Below, piece by piece: positions 1-10,000 of a stretch of 44,006 nucleotides of DNA. The number at the start of each line of letters is the position of its first letter. Position 1 is the first letter of the stretch. Under the pieces are notes generated by a model. It was given only the letters and a program-made list of their open reading frames with translations. It had not been told where the DNA came from and made no database searches. The DNA is from Spartobacteria bacterium (GTDB taxonomy: Bacteria; Verrucomicrobiota; Verrucomicrobiia; Chthoniobacterales; Chthoniobacteraceae): the NCBI GenBank assembly GCA_025355595.1, contig JANXZI010000587.1:1-44006 (forward strand). The letters run 5' to 3'. Position numbers and translations under genes: made by a program.

Positions 1-95
1 GCAGCAGCGGGCTGTTGTAAATCCACGAGCCGCCGAAGACCGGGTTCAGCCACGGCTCGGTGTCGTAATTCGCGGGCTGGGAGCTGCTCACCGTG

Positions 96-262
96 CCATC
101 GCTGATGCGCAGATACGTGCCGTTGATCCCGGACAGCGGCAGTTCGCCGCGGATGCAGATGTATATTTTCACCGGGCCGACGCCGGATCGCGACGGCGAC
201 TTCGACGACGTGGTGCTGCTCCACGAATACACGCACGGACTGAGCATCCGGCTGGTCGGCTA
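96..262 (+). pseudogene. Fragment of an M36 (fungalysin-type) zinc metallopeptidase; only the segment around the HExxH site survives
   Basis: Frame 3 reads IPDSGSSPRMQMYIFTGPTPDRDGDFDDVVLLHEYTHGLSIRLVG then TAG. The MxMY.WT..P.RDG.F....V.HEYTHGLSNRL block is the fungalysin active-site signature as I recall it (HEYTH at 222-236). The same frame has stops at 18-20 and 66-68. It ends at 260-262, where intact enzymes continue for more than 200 aa. Confidence 0.45.
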
Positions 263-285
263 GGGGAAGGCGGCGGCACAGGAGT

Positions 286-598
286 TCAGTGTGGGGTCAC
301 CTTCAGGCGGATGAACATCGTCTGGTTGCCGCCGATGGGCACGCTGCGCTGAATCGCCGCCGATGAAGTTGCGGGTAACGGTGAAGTTATTCCCCGAGGC
401 GTTGTTGAGCATGATGACATAATCGGTGTTGGCCACCGCTGCGCGGCTGGCAGTCTGATAGAAGCTGTTGCCGGTGATGGTCCCGTCGGTGGTGCCACTC
501 TGGAGCCGCATACCTGTGGCAATAATCGTCGCGACGTAGAAATTGAAGATGTTGCAGTTGGAGACGCTGTTTCCGCTGTTCCTCTGTGCGGCGGTCAT
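286..598 (-). pseudogene. Fragment of a parallel beta-helix repeat protein, apparently frameshifted near its 3' end
   Basis: ORF 260..802(-) from the internal ATG at 598 reads SVSNCNIFNFYVATIIATGMRLQSGTTDGTITGNSFYQTASRAAVANTDYVIMLNNASGNNFTVTRNFIGG, i.e. repeated ..GN.F.. turns. After about 360 the plausible continuation moves to the frame of ORF 286..522 (IQRSVPIGGNQTMFIRLKVTPH, stop at 286). There is no signal peptide and no convincing N-terminus. Confidence 0.3.
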
Positions 599-838
599 CG
601 TGGTGCCGAGTGCGGGGGCCGGATTCCGGCGCGGAAGAGAGCACACAAATGAATGATGAGCCCGTATTTTCCGTGCGACGGGCACGTCGCCCATCGCGTG
701 AAATGCCGGTGAAAATGAACTCATGATCTTCGCCGACCTGTGCAGCGGTGCAGGGCAATCGCTGCGTTTCGCGCTATTCCGTCTCGCCCGACTGTTCCGC
801 ACTTAGTACAGGCTCGGTCGAAGATCCCCTGCCCTCCC

Positions 839-2608
839 ATGAAGCACCTCCCCGTCCTCGCACTTCTCCTCGTGTCGTTCGCCATGCCTCATGCGGCATC
901 CGCGGAGAAGCCGAACGTGCTTTTCATCGCCGTGGACGACATGCGGCCCGAACTCGGCTGCTACGGAAACAAGGTGGTGAAGACGCCAAACATTGACCGG
1001 CTCGCGGCGCGCGGATTGGTTTTCAATCACGCGTATTGCCAGCAGGCGGTGTGTTCGCCGTCGCGCTCGTCGCTGCTCACGGGGCGCAGGCCGGATGCGA
1101 CACGCGTGTGGGATTTGGAGACGCACTTCCGCGTTGCGCTGCCGGATGCGATCACGCTGCCGCAGCACTTCAAGGCGAACGGCTACCACACGGCGGCGCT
1201 CAACAAGATCTACCATCACGGCTTCGAGGACGGGCGCTCGTGGAGCGAGCCGCACTGGTATCCGAACGGGCAGACGATTGACACCGACCCGGTGGATTGG
1301 ACGAAGCAGATCAGGAAAACTTACGGCCAAGGCGTGAAGGAATATCGCGACAAGGGGCAGCCGAAAGACAACGACCATCCAAACGCCGGCCAGCGCGTCG
1401 CAAAGGGCAAGGGCGTAAAGGGCGCGGCCTTCGAGGTGAGCGCGAAGCCGGACGATCAGTTGCCTGACGGCTACACGGCGGCGGAGGCGGTGAAGCGGCT
1501 GCATGGCTTAAAATCGAAGGGCCAGCCGTTCTTTCTCGCGGTCGGATTCCTGAAGCCGCACCTACCCTTCGTCGCGCCGAAAAAATACTGGGATCTCTAC
1601 GATCCGAACACGATTCCCCTGCCCGCGATCGATCATCTGCCTGCGGGTGCGCCGGAATTCGCCGGGCACACCAACGGCGAACTGCACGCCTACAAGGATG
1701 TGCCGACGGCCAATCCCATCCCCGCGGACTTCGCGAAGACTTTGCGCCACGGCTACTATGCGTGCATCAGCTATACGGATGCGCAGATCGGACGCCTGCT
1801 CGATGCGCTGGACGCGGAGGGGCTCGCGGAAAATACCGTCGTCGTGCTCTGGGGCGATCACGGCTGGCAGCTCGGCGACCACGGGCTGTGGCACAAGCAC
1901 ACGAACTTCGAACTCGCGGCGCGCGCGCCGCTGCTCCTCAGCGTGCCGCAGCAAAAATCCGCCGGGCAGAAATGCGACGCGCCGGTCGAGTTTGTGGACA
2001 TCTATCCCACGCTCGCGGAGGTGTGCGGCCTTGCGATTCCCACGGGCCTCGACGGCATGAGCCTCAAGCCCTTCCTCGAAAATCCCGGTGCGGCGAAACA
2101 GAAAGTCGCCATGAGCCAATATCCGCGCGCCGCCGGCAAAGCCGGCGGTGCGGTGATGGGCTACAGCATCCGCGACGAGCGATGGCGCTGCACTTTCTGG
2201 CGCGAGCGCAACGGCACGAAGATCGTCGCGACCGAACTCTACGACGAGAAAAACGATCCCGCCGAAACCGTGAGCCTGCACGACCAGCCCGAGCACGCAG
2301 AGTTGATCGCGCGGTTGGCAAAATTGCTGCCGCCCGTCCCCGCATCCGCAGGCGACGGCGGAAAAAAGCCGAAGGCAGGAGGCAAGCCCGCCGCGAAGAA
2401 TTCCGCGCCTGCCGACGAGGAGCGCGGCGCGCGCTACGATCGGCTGTATTCCGGCAAGGCGAAGCTCACGCTTGATGAATATCTCGCGCAGCAATCCGAC
2501 GCGGAAGCGGCGAAGGAGCGCTTCGGAAAATTTGATGCGAACAAGGATGGCTTCGTCACACGCGAGGAATTCATCACGGCTGGCGGAAAGAATCCGAACG
2601 CAAAGTAG
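839..2608 (+). CDS. Formylglycine-dependent sulfatase (iduronate-2-sulfatase-like) with a C-terminal EF-hand tail
   Basis: ATG at 839 gives the signal peptide MKHLPVLALLLVSFAMPHAASA. NVLFIAVDDMRPELGCYG and the CSPSRSSLLTGR (CxPxR) sulfatase signature are present, as is WGDHGW. The C-terminus carries the canonical EF loop DANKDGFVTREE. Confidence 0.93.
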   Translation: MKHLPVLALLLVSFAMPHAASAEKPNVLFIAVDDMRPELGCYGNKVVKTPNIDRLAARGLVFNHAYCQQAVCSPSRSSLLTGRRPDATRVWDLETHFRVALPDAITLPQHFKANGYHTAALNKIYHHGFEDGRSWSEPHWYPNGQTIDTDPVDWTKQIRKTYGQGVKEYRDKGQPKDNDHPNAGQRVAKGKGVKGAAFEVSAKPDDQLPDGYTAAEAVKRLHGLKSKGQPFFLAVGFLKPHLPFVAPKKYWDLYDPNTIPLPAIDHLPAGAPEFAGHTNGELHAYKDVPTANPIPADFAKTLRHGYYACISYTDAQIGRLLDALDAEGLAENTVVVLWGDHGWQLGDHGLWHKHTNFELAARAPLLLSVPQQKSAGQKCDAPVEFVDIYPTLAEVCGLAIPTGLDGMSLKPFLENPGAAKQKVAMSQYPRAAGKAGGAVMGYSIRDERWRCTFWRERNGTKIVATELYDEKNDPAETVSLHDQPEHAELIARLAKLLPPVPASAGDGGKKPKAGGKPAAKNSAPADEERGARYDRLYSGKAKLTLDEYLAQQSDAEAAKERFGKFDANKDGFVTREEFITAGGKNPNAK

Positions 2609-2662
2609 CGCTCCATTTTTTCCTGCGATAAACCCCTGCGTCTTCTGCACTCCTCACGCCCC

Positions 2663-4054
2663 ATGAAATCCATCCTCACCCTCCTCGTGCTCGCCGCACT
2701 GTCTGCGACAGTGCCGCCACTCCGCGCCGCCGACGCTCCGGCGAAGCATCCGAACATCCTGCACATTCACGCCGACGATCATCGCGCGGATGGACTCGGC
2801 GCATTCGGTCATCCCGTGCTGAAGACGCCGAATCTCGACACGCTGGTCGCGCGCGGGTTCACGTTCACCCACTGCTACACGATGGGCTCGATGGTCGGCG
2901 CCGTCTGCCTGCCTAGCCGCACGATGATGCTCACGGGGAAATCATGGCTGCGCATTCCGAAACGCGCCGACGGCGCTGGCGAAGCGGAGAAGTCGTTGCC
3001 GAATGTGATGAGCCGCGCAGGCTACGAGACGTGGCACTGTGGCAAGGGCGGGAATGAATACACGGTCGGACTCAAGGCATTCGATACGAACATCCTCATG
3101 GACGATCACACGCCGGACCTGCGCCGCGGCAGCAGCGAGCGTCACGCGGATGCGGCGGTGAAATTCCTGCAGGAGCGCAAGCCTGAGAAGCCGTTCTACA
3201 TTTACCTCGCGCCGCCCGTGCCACACGACCCACGCGTCGCCGCGCCGGAGTTTCACGGCATGTATAATGCGAGCGATGTCCCGCTCCCACTCGCGTTCAT
3301 GCCGGTGCATCCTTTCGACAATGGCGAGATGGTGGTGCGCGATGAAAAGCTCGCGCCCTGGCCGCGCACGCCCGAGGACACGAAGCAGCAACTCGCCGAC
3401 TACTATGCGTGCATCACCGGGCTCGACCACCACGTCGGGCGCATCTTTGCGGAGCTGAAAAAGAGTGGGCAGTGGGACAATACGATCATCATCTTCACCG
3501 GAGACAACGGCCTGTCCGTCGGGGAGCACGGGCTGTTTGGAAAACAAAATCTCTACGAGTTCGGCGGCATGCATGTGCCGTGCGTCATCGCGGGGCCGCG
3601 CATTCCGAAAGGAAAGAGCGAGGCGTTCGTTTACCTCATGGATTTGTTCCCCACGTTCGCCGAGTTCGGCGGCGCGACGCTGCCCGAGGGCGTCGAGGGA
3701 AAGAGCCTCGCGCCGATCATCGCGGGCAAGTCCGCAAAAGTCCGCGACCTCTGCTATACGGGCTATCGCGATTGCCAGCGCGCCGTGCGCGACCAGCGGT
3801 GGAAGCTGATCCGCTACCCGCTCGTGGATCAGACGCAGCTCTTCGACTTGCAAACCGACCCGCACGAACTCACGAATCTCGCCGCCAAACCCAAACACGC
3901 CGCGAAGCTCGCGGAGATGACCGCGCTGCTCGCGCAGGAGATGGCCGCACACGGTGACAAGGCTCCGCTCAAAGTCGCAAGCCCGAAGTCCGCCGCGTGG
4001 ACGCCGCCGGTTGCGGGTGAAAAAAAGCCGAGCCAGAAGAAGGGCACGCAATAG
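2663..4054 (+). CDS. Sulfatase (arylsulfatase A family)
   Basis: Signal peptide MKSILTLLVLAALSATVPPLRAA; NILHIHADDHRADG; CLPSRTMMLTGK (CxPxR); FTGDNGLSVGEHG. Confidence 0.93.
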   Translation: MKSILTLLVLAALSATVPPLRAADAPAKHPNILHIHADDHRADGLGAFGHPVLKTPNLDTLVARGFTFTHCYTMGSMVGAVCLPSRTMMLTGKSWLRIPKRADGAGEAEKSLPNVMSRAGYETWHCGKGGNEYTVGLKAFDTNILMDDHTPDLRRGSSERHADAAVKFLQERKPEKPFYIYLAPPVPHDPRVAAPEFHGMYNASDVPLPLAFMPVHPFDNGEMVVRDEKLAPWPRTPEDTKQQLADYYACITGLDHHVGRIFAELKKSGQWDNTIIIFTGDNGLSVGEHGLFGKQNLYEFGGMHVPCVIAGPRIPKGKSEAFVYLMDLFPTFAEFGGATLPEGVEGKSLAPIIAGKSAKVRDLCYTGYRDCQRAVRDQRWKLIRYPLVDQTQLFDLQTDPHELTNLAAKPKHAAKLAEMTALLAQEMAAHGDKAPLKVASPKSAAWTPPVAGEKKPSQKKGTQ

Positions 4055-4145
4055 GCCCGGATTTTTCGGGACAAATCCTAAGCTTCCCGTGGTCTGCGCA
4101 TCACATTGCACCCTCCCGTTTTTCCAAACCCATCACACACTCACC

Positions 4146-5003
4146 ATGACCCAAGTATCCCGCCGCCACTTCATCAAGAGTTCCGTCTTCGCCGCCGCTG
4201 CCGCGGGGCTGAATCCATTTTCCCTCGCCCGCGCTGCGGGCAAGGACATCCCGATCGGCGTCCAGCTTTACTCAGTGCGCGGAGATTGCGCGAAGGACTT
4301 CGATGCCGCGCTCGCGCAGATCGCCAAGATGGGATTTACGGGCGTCGAGTTTGCCGGCTATCACAAGTACGGCGGCAAGGCGAAGGAGCTGCGCGCGAAG
4401 CTCGATGACCTCGGGCTGAAGGGCATCAGCACGCACATCGGCACCGGGAGCTTCAAAGGCGATGCGCTGAAGGGGACGATCGAATTCCACCAGACCGTCG
4501 GCTGCAAATTCCTCATCGTTCCCGGCGACGGCGCATTCACCGATCCGGAAAAGAGCAAGGAGCTGGCGGAGACCTTCAACAAAACCGCCGAGGTGCTCAA
4601 GCCGCTCGGCATGGCCTGTGGCTATCACAATCACACCAAGGAATTCACCAAAGTCGGCGACAAGACCTACTATGACCTGTTCGCCGAGCGCACGAGTGCG
4701 GACGTGGTGCTCGAACAGGATTGCGGCTGGAGCGCCGCCGCGGGATTGCAGCCGGCCGACCTGATGAAGAAGTTCCCCGGCCGCACGAAGCTCGTCCATT
4801 TCAAGCCAACCGTGGTCGGCGGCGATAAGACCAAGAAAGCCATCTTCGGCGAGGATTCCGTGGACTGGGTGACCACGCTCGCCGCCTGCCGCACGGTCGG
4901 CGGCACGGAGTGGCTTCTTATCGAACAAGAAGTCTATCCCGATGGGAAATCCCCGATGGAATGCACCGAGCTATCCCTCGCCGGGCTGAAGAAGATCATC
5001 TAA
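4146..5003 (+). CDS. Sugar phosphate isomerase/epimerase (xylose-isomerase-like TIM barrel), Tat-exported
   Basis: The internal ATG at 4146 gives MTQVSRRHFIKSSVFAAAAAGL, a twin-arginine motif. IGVQLYSVR...GFTGVEFAGY...IEQE is typical of the AP_endonuc_2/TIM-barrel family. The upstream part of ORF 3954.. overlaps the sulfatase and is Arg-rich junk. Confidence 0.85.
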   Translation: MTQVSRRHFIKSSVFAAAAAGLNPFSLARAAGKDIPIGVQLYSVRGDCAKDFDAALAQIAKMGFTGVEFAGYHKYGGKAKELRAKLDDLGLKGISTHIGTGSFKGDALKGTIEFHQTVGCKFLIVPGDGAFTDPEKSKELAETFNKTAEVLKPLGMACGYHNHTKEFTKVGDKTYYDLFAERTSADVVLEQDCGWSAAAGLQPADLMKKFPGRTKLVHFKPTVVGGDKTKKAIFGEDSVDWVTTLAACRTVGGTEWLLIEQEVYPDGKSPMECTELSLAGLKKII

Positions 5004-5040
5004 CCCCCCGGCCATCATTTTCACCCCAGCAAATCAAGCT

Positions 5041-6669
5041 ATGAAATCCACCCGCACTTACTCCGCCCTCAAGCTAACCCTCGCCGCCGGCCTTGCGTCA
5101 TGCACGGCTCCGTTGGCATTGGCCGATGTCACGCTGCCGGCCATTTTTTCCGACCACATGATCCTCCAGCGCGATCAAAAGGTGCCCGTGTGGGGCTTCG
5201 CGGAGGACGGGGAAAAGGTGACGGTCTCATTCGCCGGACAAAAAGTGGACACCACGGCGAAGGACGGCAAGTGGGCCGTGTCGCTCTCCGCACTGAAGAG
5301 CAGCAGCACAGGCGCAAAATTCACGGTGACGGGAAGGAACAAGGTGGAATTCGACGACGTATTAGTTGGCGAAGTGTGGTTCTGCTCCGGGCAGTCGAAC
5401 ATGGAGATGCAGGTGGGCGGATCGAAGGACAGCAAGCAGGAGGTCGCCGCCTCGGCCAACCCGCGCATCCGCCATTTCAAGGTGCCGCATGTGACCTCCA
5501 ACAAGCCGGAGACCGAGGTGAAAACGTCGGGCGGCTGGGAGGCCGCCACCCCGGCCACCACGGGAAATTTCACCGCCGTCGGCTACTTCTTTGGACGCGA
5601 GATCGAGAAGGAAATGGACGTACCGGTCGGACTTATCGGCTGCAACTGGGGCGGCACGCGCATCGAGCCGTGGACGCCGCCGGTCGGCTTTCAGTCCGTG
5701 CCCGCGCTGAAGGAAGCCTACGCCGACAAGCTCGCGACCTTCCCCACGATGAGCGCAGTGATGGCCCCCGCGACCGAGCCCGTGCTCGGTGCCGACGGCA
5801 AGCCCGTGCTCGACAAGGCCGGCAAGCCCACGGTGAAGCCGGTTCTCGACGCCGCGGGCAAACCGAAGCTGAGCCCCGTCATTCTCCCGGACGGAAAACC
5901 GAAGCTCACCGCAAGCCAAGGTTCACCACTCGCCATGTATAATGCGATGGTCCATCCGATCGTGCCTTACGCCATCCGCGGCGCGCTGTGGTATCAGGGC
6001 GAATCGAACAATGGCGAAGGGATGCTTTACTTTGAAAAGATGAAGGCCCTGACCAATGGCTGGCGCGCAGTCTGGCAGCAGGGCGATTTCCCGTTCCTGT
6101 TCGTCCAGCTCGCACCTTATCGCTATGGCAAGCCCGAAAACCTCCCCGCCATCTGGGAAGCGCAGACCGCCGCGCTTTCCATCCCGAATACCGGCATGGC
6201 CGTCACCACCGATGTCTCCACCGTCGGCAACATCCACCCGCCGGACAAGCAGTCAGTCGGCCATAGGCTCGCGCTCTGGGCATTGGCGAAGACTTACGGC
6301 AAGTCCGGCATTAGCTATGCGAGTCCTCTGTTCGATGCCGTGAAGATCGAGGGCAGCAAGGCCCACGTGTCTTTTAAGAATGCCGAGGGCGGCCTGAAGT
6401 CCGCGGACGGCAAGGCGCTCACCTGGTTCACCATCGCCGCCGAGGATAAGAAGTTCGTGGAGGCTAAGGCGGAGATTTCCGGCAAAGGCGTCATCGTCAG
6501 CGCCGAAGGCGTCAGTCATCCCGTCGCCGTACGTTTCGGCTGGCATGAAACGGCGGAGCCAAACCTGGCCAACGCCGCCGGACTCCCCGTGTCGCCTTTC
6601 CGCACCGACTCGTGGAAGGATGCAGTAATGCCCGTCCTCGCTCCCCCGCCCGCTCCTGCGAGAAAGTAG
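5041..6669 (+). CDS. Sialate O-acetylesterase-like carbohydrate esterase (SASA/DUF303 domain)
   Basis: Signal peptide; ILQRDQKVPVWG; the GEVWFCSGQSNME (GQSNM) catalytic block; LWYQGESN. Contains an internal PVLxxxGK tandem-repeat insert. Confidence 0.85.
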   Translation: MKSTRTYSALKLTLAAGLASCTAPLALADVTLPAIFSDHMILQRDQKVPVWGFAEDGEKVTVSFAGQKVDTTAKDGKWAVSLSALKSSSTGAKFTVTGRNKVEFDDVLVGEVWFCSGQSNMEMQVGGSKDSKQEVAASANPRIRHFKVPHVTSNKPETEVKTSGGWEAATPATTGNFTAVGYFFGREIEKEMDVPVGLIGCNWGGTRIEPWTPPVGFQSVPALKEAYADKLATFPTMSAVMAPATEPVLGADGKPVLDKAGKPTVKPVLDAAGKPKLSPVILPDGKPKLTASQGSPLAMYNAMVHPIVPYAIRGALWYQGESNNGEGMLYFEKMKALTNGWRAVWQQGDFPFLFVQLAPYRYGKPENLPAIWEAQTAALSIPNTGMAVTTDVSTVGNIHPPDKQSVGHRLALWALAKTYGKSGISYASPLFDAVKIEGSKAHVSFKNAEGGLKSADGKALTWFTIAAEDKKFVEAKAEISGKGVIVSAEGVSHPVAVRFGWHETAEPNLANAAGLPVSPFRTDSWKDAVMPVLAPPPAPARK

Positions 6670-6689
6670 GCGGAATTTTTCGCACTCCG

Positions 6690-7080
6690 CCGCGCTACGA
6701 GTTCATACCATCTCGCACCAATAAGCGGACCAGAGAGAGCAGAATGGCATGCCTCGGTTAGCGCGGGCGTCCCGCCTATTCCGGCACCCGTGGCAAAGTT
6801 GATCGAAGCGCCGGTGCCATTCAGGAACCAAGCATAGATCTGCTCAGTGCCAGTGGTCTGGAACACCAGATCGGGAATGCCAACCCCGTTCGCGTCGGTG
6901 GTGTTCGCAAGCCGCCATCTGATCAGGCTGCCGCCATAGACCAAAGCCCGGTGGAACGGCGACCTCCGGGCGCGTTTCCGGTCTCACGCTTGCCAGCCGT
7001 CGTCCGAAGCGTGCCCGGAGATCACGCACCACCTCGCCGCCTTCACTCGCATCCCTCGGATTGTCACCCAGTCGGAGAAG
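6690..7080 (-). pseudogene. Decayed FG-GAP/VCBS-repeat protein remnant
   Basis: The minus frame reads RWCVISGHASDDGWQA, then an in-frame TGA, then DRK...LVYGGSLIRWRLANTTDANGVGIPDLVFQTTGTEQIYAWFLNGTG...IGARWYELVA. This is the D.NGDG.PDLv.q....w.lnG FG-GAP pattern. It has no proper start and its 3' part runs antisense into the esterase gene. Confidence 0.3.
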
Positions 7081-7092
7081 CAGGGAAAATTC

Positions 7093-10000
7093 CTACTCCA
7101 AGAGCGATTGAATTTCCTCCATGTTCAGCCCCTCCATGAGCGGCTGCTCGTTTTCCAAGGTCGCGGCGATAATGGCGCGCTTTTTGGCCTGAAGGCTCAG
7201 GATCTTCTCTTCCACGGTGTCGCGCGCGATGAGTTTGTAGCTGGTGACGGCTCGGCTTTGGCCGATTCGGTGTGCGCGGTCCGTCGCCTGGGCCTCTACG
7301 GCGGGATTCCACCAGGGGTCAAAATGGATCACCGTGTCTGCTGCCGTGAGGTTGAGCCCGGTGCCACCGGCCTTCAGGCTGATGAGAAAAACCGGAACCG
7401 TCCCGCTCTGAAAACGGCCCACCTGCGCGCCCCGGTCGCGGGTCTGGCCGTCCAGATAGCAGTGCTCGATGCCCATAATTTCAAGTCTGGCACGGATATG
7501 GGCCAGCATCGTCACGAATTGGCTGAAAATCAGCACGCGGTGCCCGCCGTCGAGAGCTTCGGAGAGCAGCTCATCGAGCAGGTCGAGCTTTGCGGAGGCT
7601 TCGGCATCGGGTGGCGGGTTGTCGAGGCCAAGCAAACGGGCATCGCAGGCCGCCTGGCGGAGCCGCAGCAAAGCGGTCAGCATGAGCATCCGGGCCTTGT
7701 TTTGATCCTTCTGACCGGAGAGTTTGGAAACCTGCTGCTTGGTTGCAATGATGAGCTGATTGTAAATTATAGACTGTGCGTCAGTAAGTTTACAGTATGC
7801 GACTTGCTCCAGTTTTTCCGGTATCTCCTTAGCGACGTCCCGCTTGGTTCTTCGGAGCAAAAATGGACGGATTCTACGGGTCAAGCGCTGCTGTTCCGGG
7901 CCGCCGGGCTGGCTTTGGATGGCATTCTCGTAACGCTCGCGGAATTCGGTGCGCGTGCCGAGGTATCCGGGCATCAGGAAGTGCATGAGCGACCAGATAT
8001 CGCGCACGGAATTCTCCACCGGCGTCCCCGTGAGGACGAATCGGTGGCGCGCCTTCAGCGCCGTGGCAGCCTGAGCATTTTGGCTGTTAGGATTCTTGAT
8101 GTGCTGGGCTTCGTCGAGGATGACTGCGCCGAATTGCAGTCTTTGATAAGCCTCCACGTCCCGCCGCAAGAGCGGATAACTCGTAATTACCAGACTGGTC
8201 TTCTCGATTTTATGGAAACTCTCCGAGCGCCGTGGACCGTCCAGCGCGAGCACGCTAATTTCGGGGATCCACTTCGCCGCTTCTGCACACCAATTGAAAA
8301 TGAGCGAAGACGGGCACACGACGAGGCTCGGCCCCTGCCCGGCCAATGTGCGGATGAATGCCAGCGCCTGCAGCGTCTTTCCGAGGCCCATTTCATCAGC
8401 GAGTATTCCTCCGAAGCTGTTTTGGGCCAGAAAGTTTAGCCAATAAACACCCTGTTTCTGGTATTCGCGCAACGAGCCTTCCAGCGAGCCGAGGGGCACC
8501 GGCGTGAGACGATCCAGCTTCCGGGTTGCGCCCGCCCAGTCCCGCCAGCGGGTTTCGCCGCCGACGGTCATCCTATTTTCTTCCGTGAAGGCATCCAGCA
8601 CTCCGGCCTGCCTGCGATCGAGACGATACACACCGGCTTGCGCCTGCCGCGGGTCGCTGTCGCGCAGGAGTCGGCCGAATTCATCCAGCAGACCGGGATC
8701 GAAGACCGCAATCTTGCCGTTCTTGCGGCGCACATGGCTTTGCCCGCCTTGCAGGAGCCGCGTGATTTCCGCGCCGGAAAATCGTTCACCGGCCGCGGTG
8801 CCCAGCTCATACGAGAGATCGAACCATTGCTCGCCTGAGGATTGGATTTCCAGCCGCGGCTCGATGCGCTCGACATCGCGCGTGACGAATCCGAACCGCT
8901 CGCCGACCTCCACCTTCCATTCGCGCTCCAGCCGCAGCAGCCCCGCGGCGAAGAACGCCAGGATGCGCTGCTCGCCCTTGAGCGTGAGTTCCCCTTTCCC
9001 GTCCGGCCCGGAAAAGCCGTACGCGCGCACACGCTCCAGCGCGGCCTGTTCGCTCACGCGGTTGCGCGAAAATCTCGCCAGCGCCGCGCCCGTCGCATCC
9101 AGCGTCACGCGGCGCTCGCCGTAGATCGCCTCAATGCGCGCGGTGAGGAAATTCAGCGAGCCCTCAAAGTGGGCGGCGAAGCGCGGCACCGGCAGGTCCT
9201 CCGGCAATGATGGCGCATTCGGAATCACGTCTCCCTCGATCTCGAAAAAATTTGCGAGCGCGGGAAGTTCACGCGTTGTGAACGCATCCGCCGCATCCGC
9301 GGGAATGTTGATCGCACGCTCCAGCACCGCAAAATATGCCGCTGGCAAACCCGCTGCGACCGGCGCGAATTTCCCGTCGTGCAACCTCCACGCTGCGCCC
9401 GCAGCCAGCAGCAGCACGCCCGCCACCGGGGCGTGCGAAACGCGCAGAGAGCCGTCGCTCGCGCGCTCGATGCGCAGTGTGTCGCGAGTCCCCTGCCCTT
9501 CGATTTTCACCAGCATCGTCCTGCCAAAAGTCACGCGCGGATGATCCGTGAGCACGCCGAGCAGCGTCGCGAATTGTTCGCGGTTCAGCATCGCCATCGC
9601 GGGCAGTTTTCCATCGGCGAATTTGCGCAACTGCACCGCGAGTCGCACGTCCCCTTCGCTCGCGCGGAAACGCTTCGTCCTGACGAGCGCGCCGAGCGGC
9701 TTGCGCGCGCCGCCCGTTTCCACTTCGCACACGACCATCACGGATTTCTTCTCCCACGCGGCCGTAAAATTCGGCGGCAAGATAAGGTGCAGCGCCGCGT
9801 CCGGGTCATCGGAATCGGTGGAAAAATTCGGATCGTCCGCAGGTTCCTCGACCCCGCCTTGCGCGTTGCTTTTCGGCGCTGGAGCCACCGCCACCGCATC
9901 GCCCTTTGCGGCATCAGCCGCAGCGGCGGCGTGATTTTTCAGCCCTCGGATCACCGCCACGCCGACGGCCAGCGAGTGCGCGCAGATCAGCCCGCGCCTC

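Noticed and set aside
6669-6691. Hairpin ggcgga-N11-tccgcc right after the esterase stop, and gccgtgc-N8-gcacggc at 18110-18131 after PBP1A, as intrinsic terminators.
   Set aside because: The stems are only 6-7 bp and neither is followed by a T-run. They are plausible but not supportable as terminators from sequence alone.
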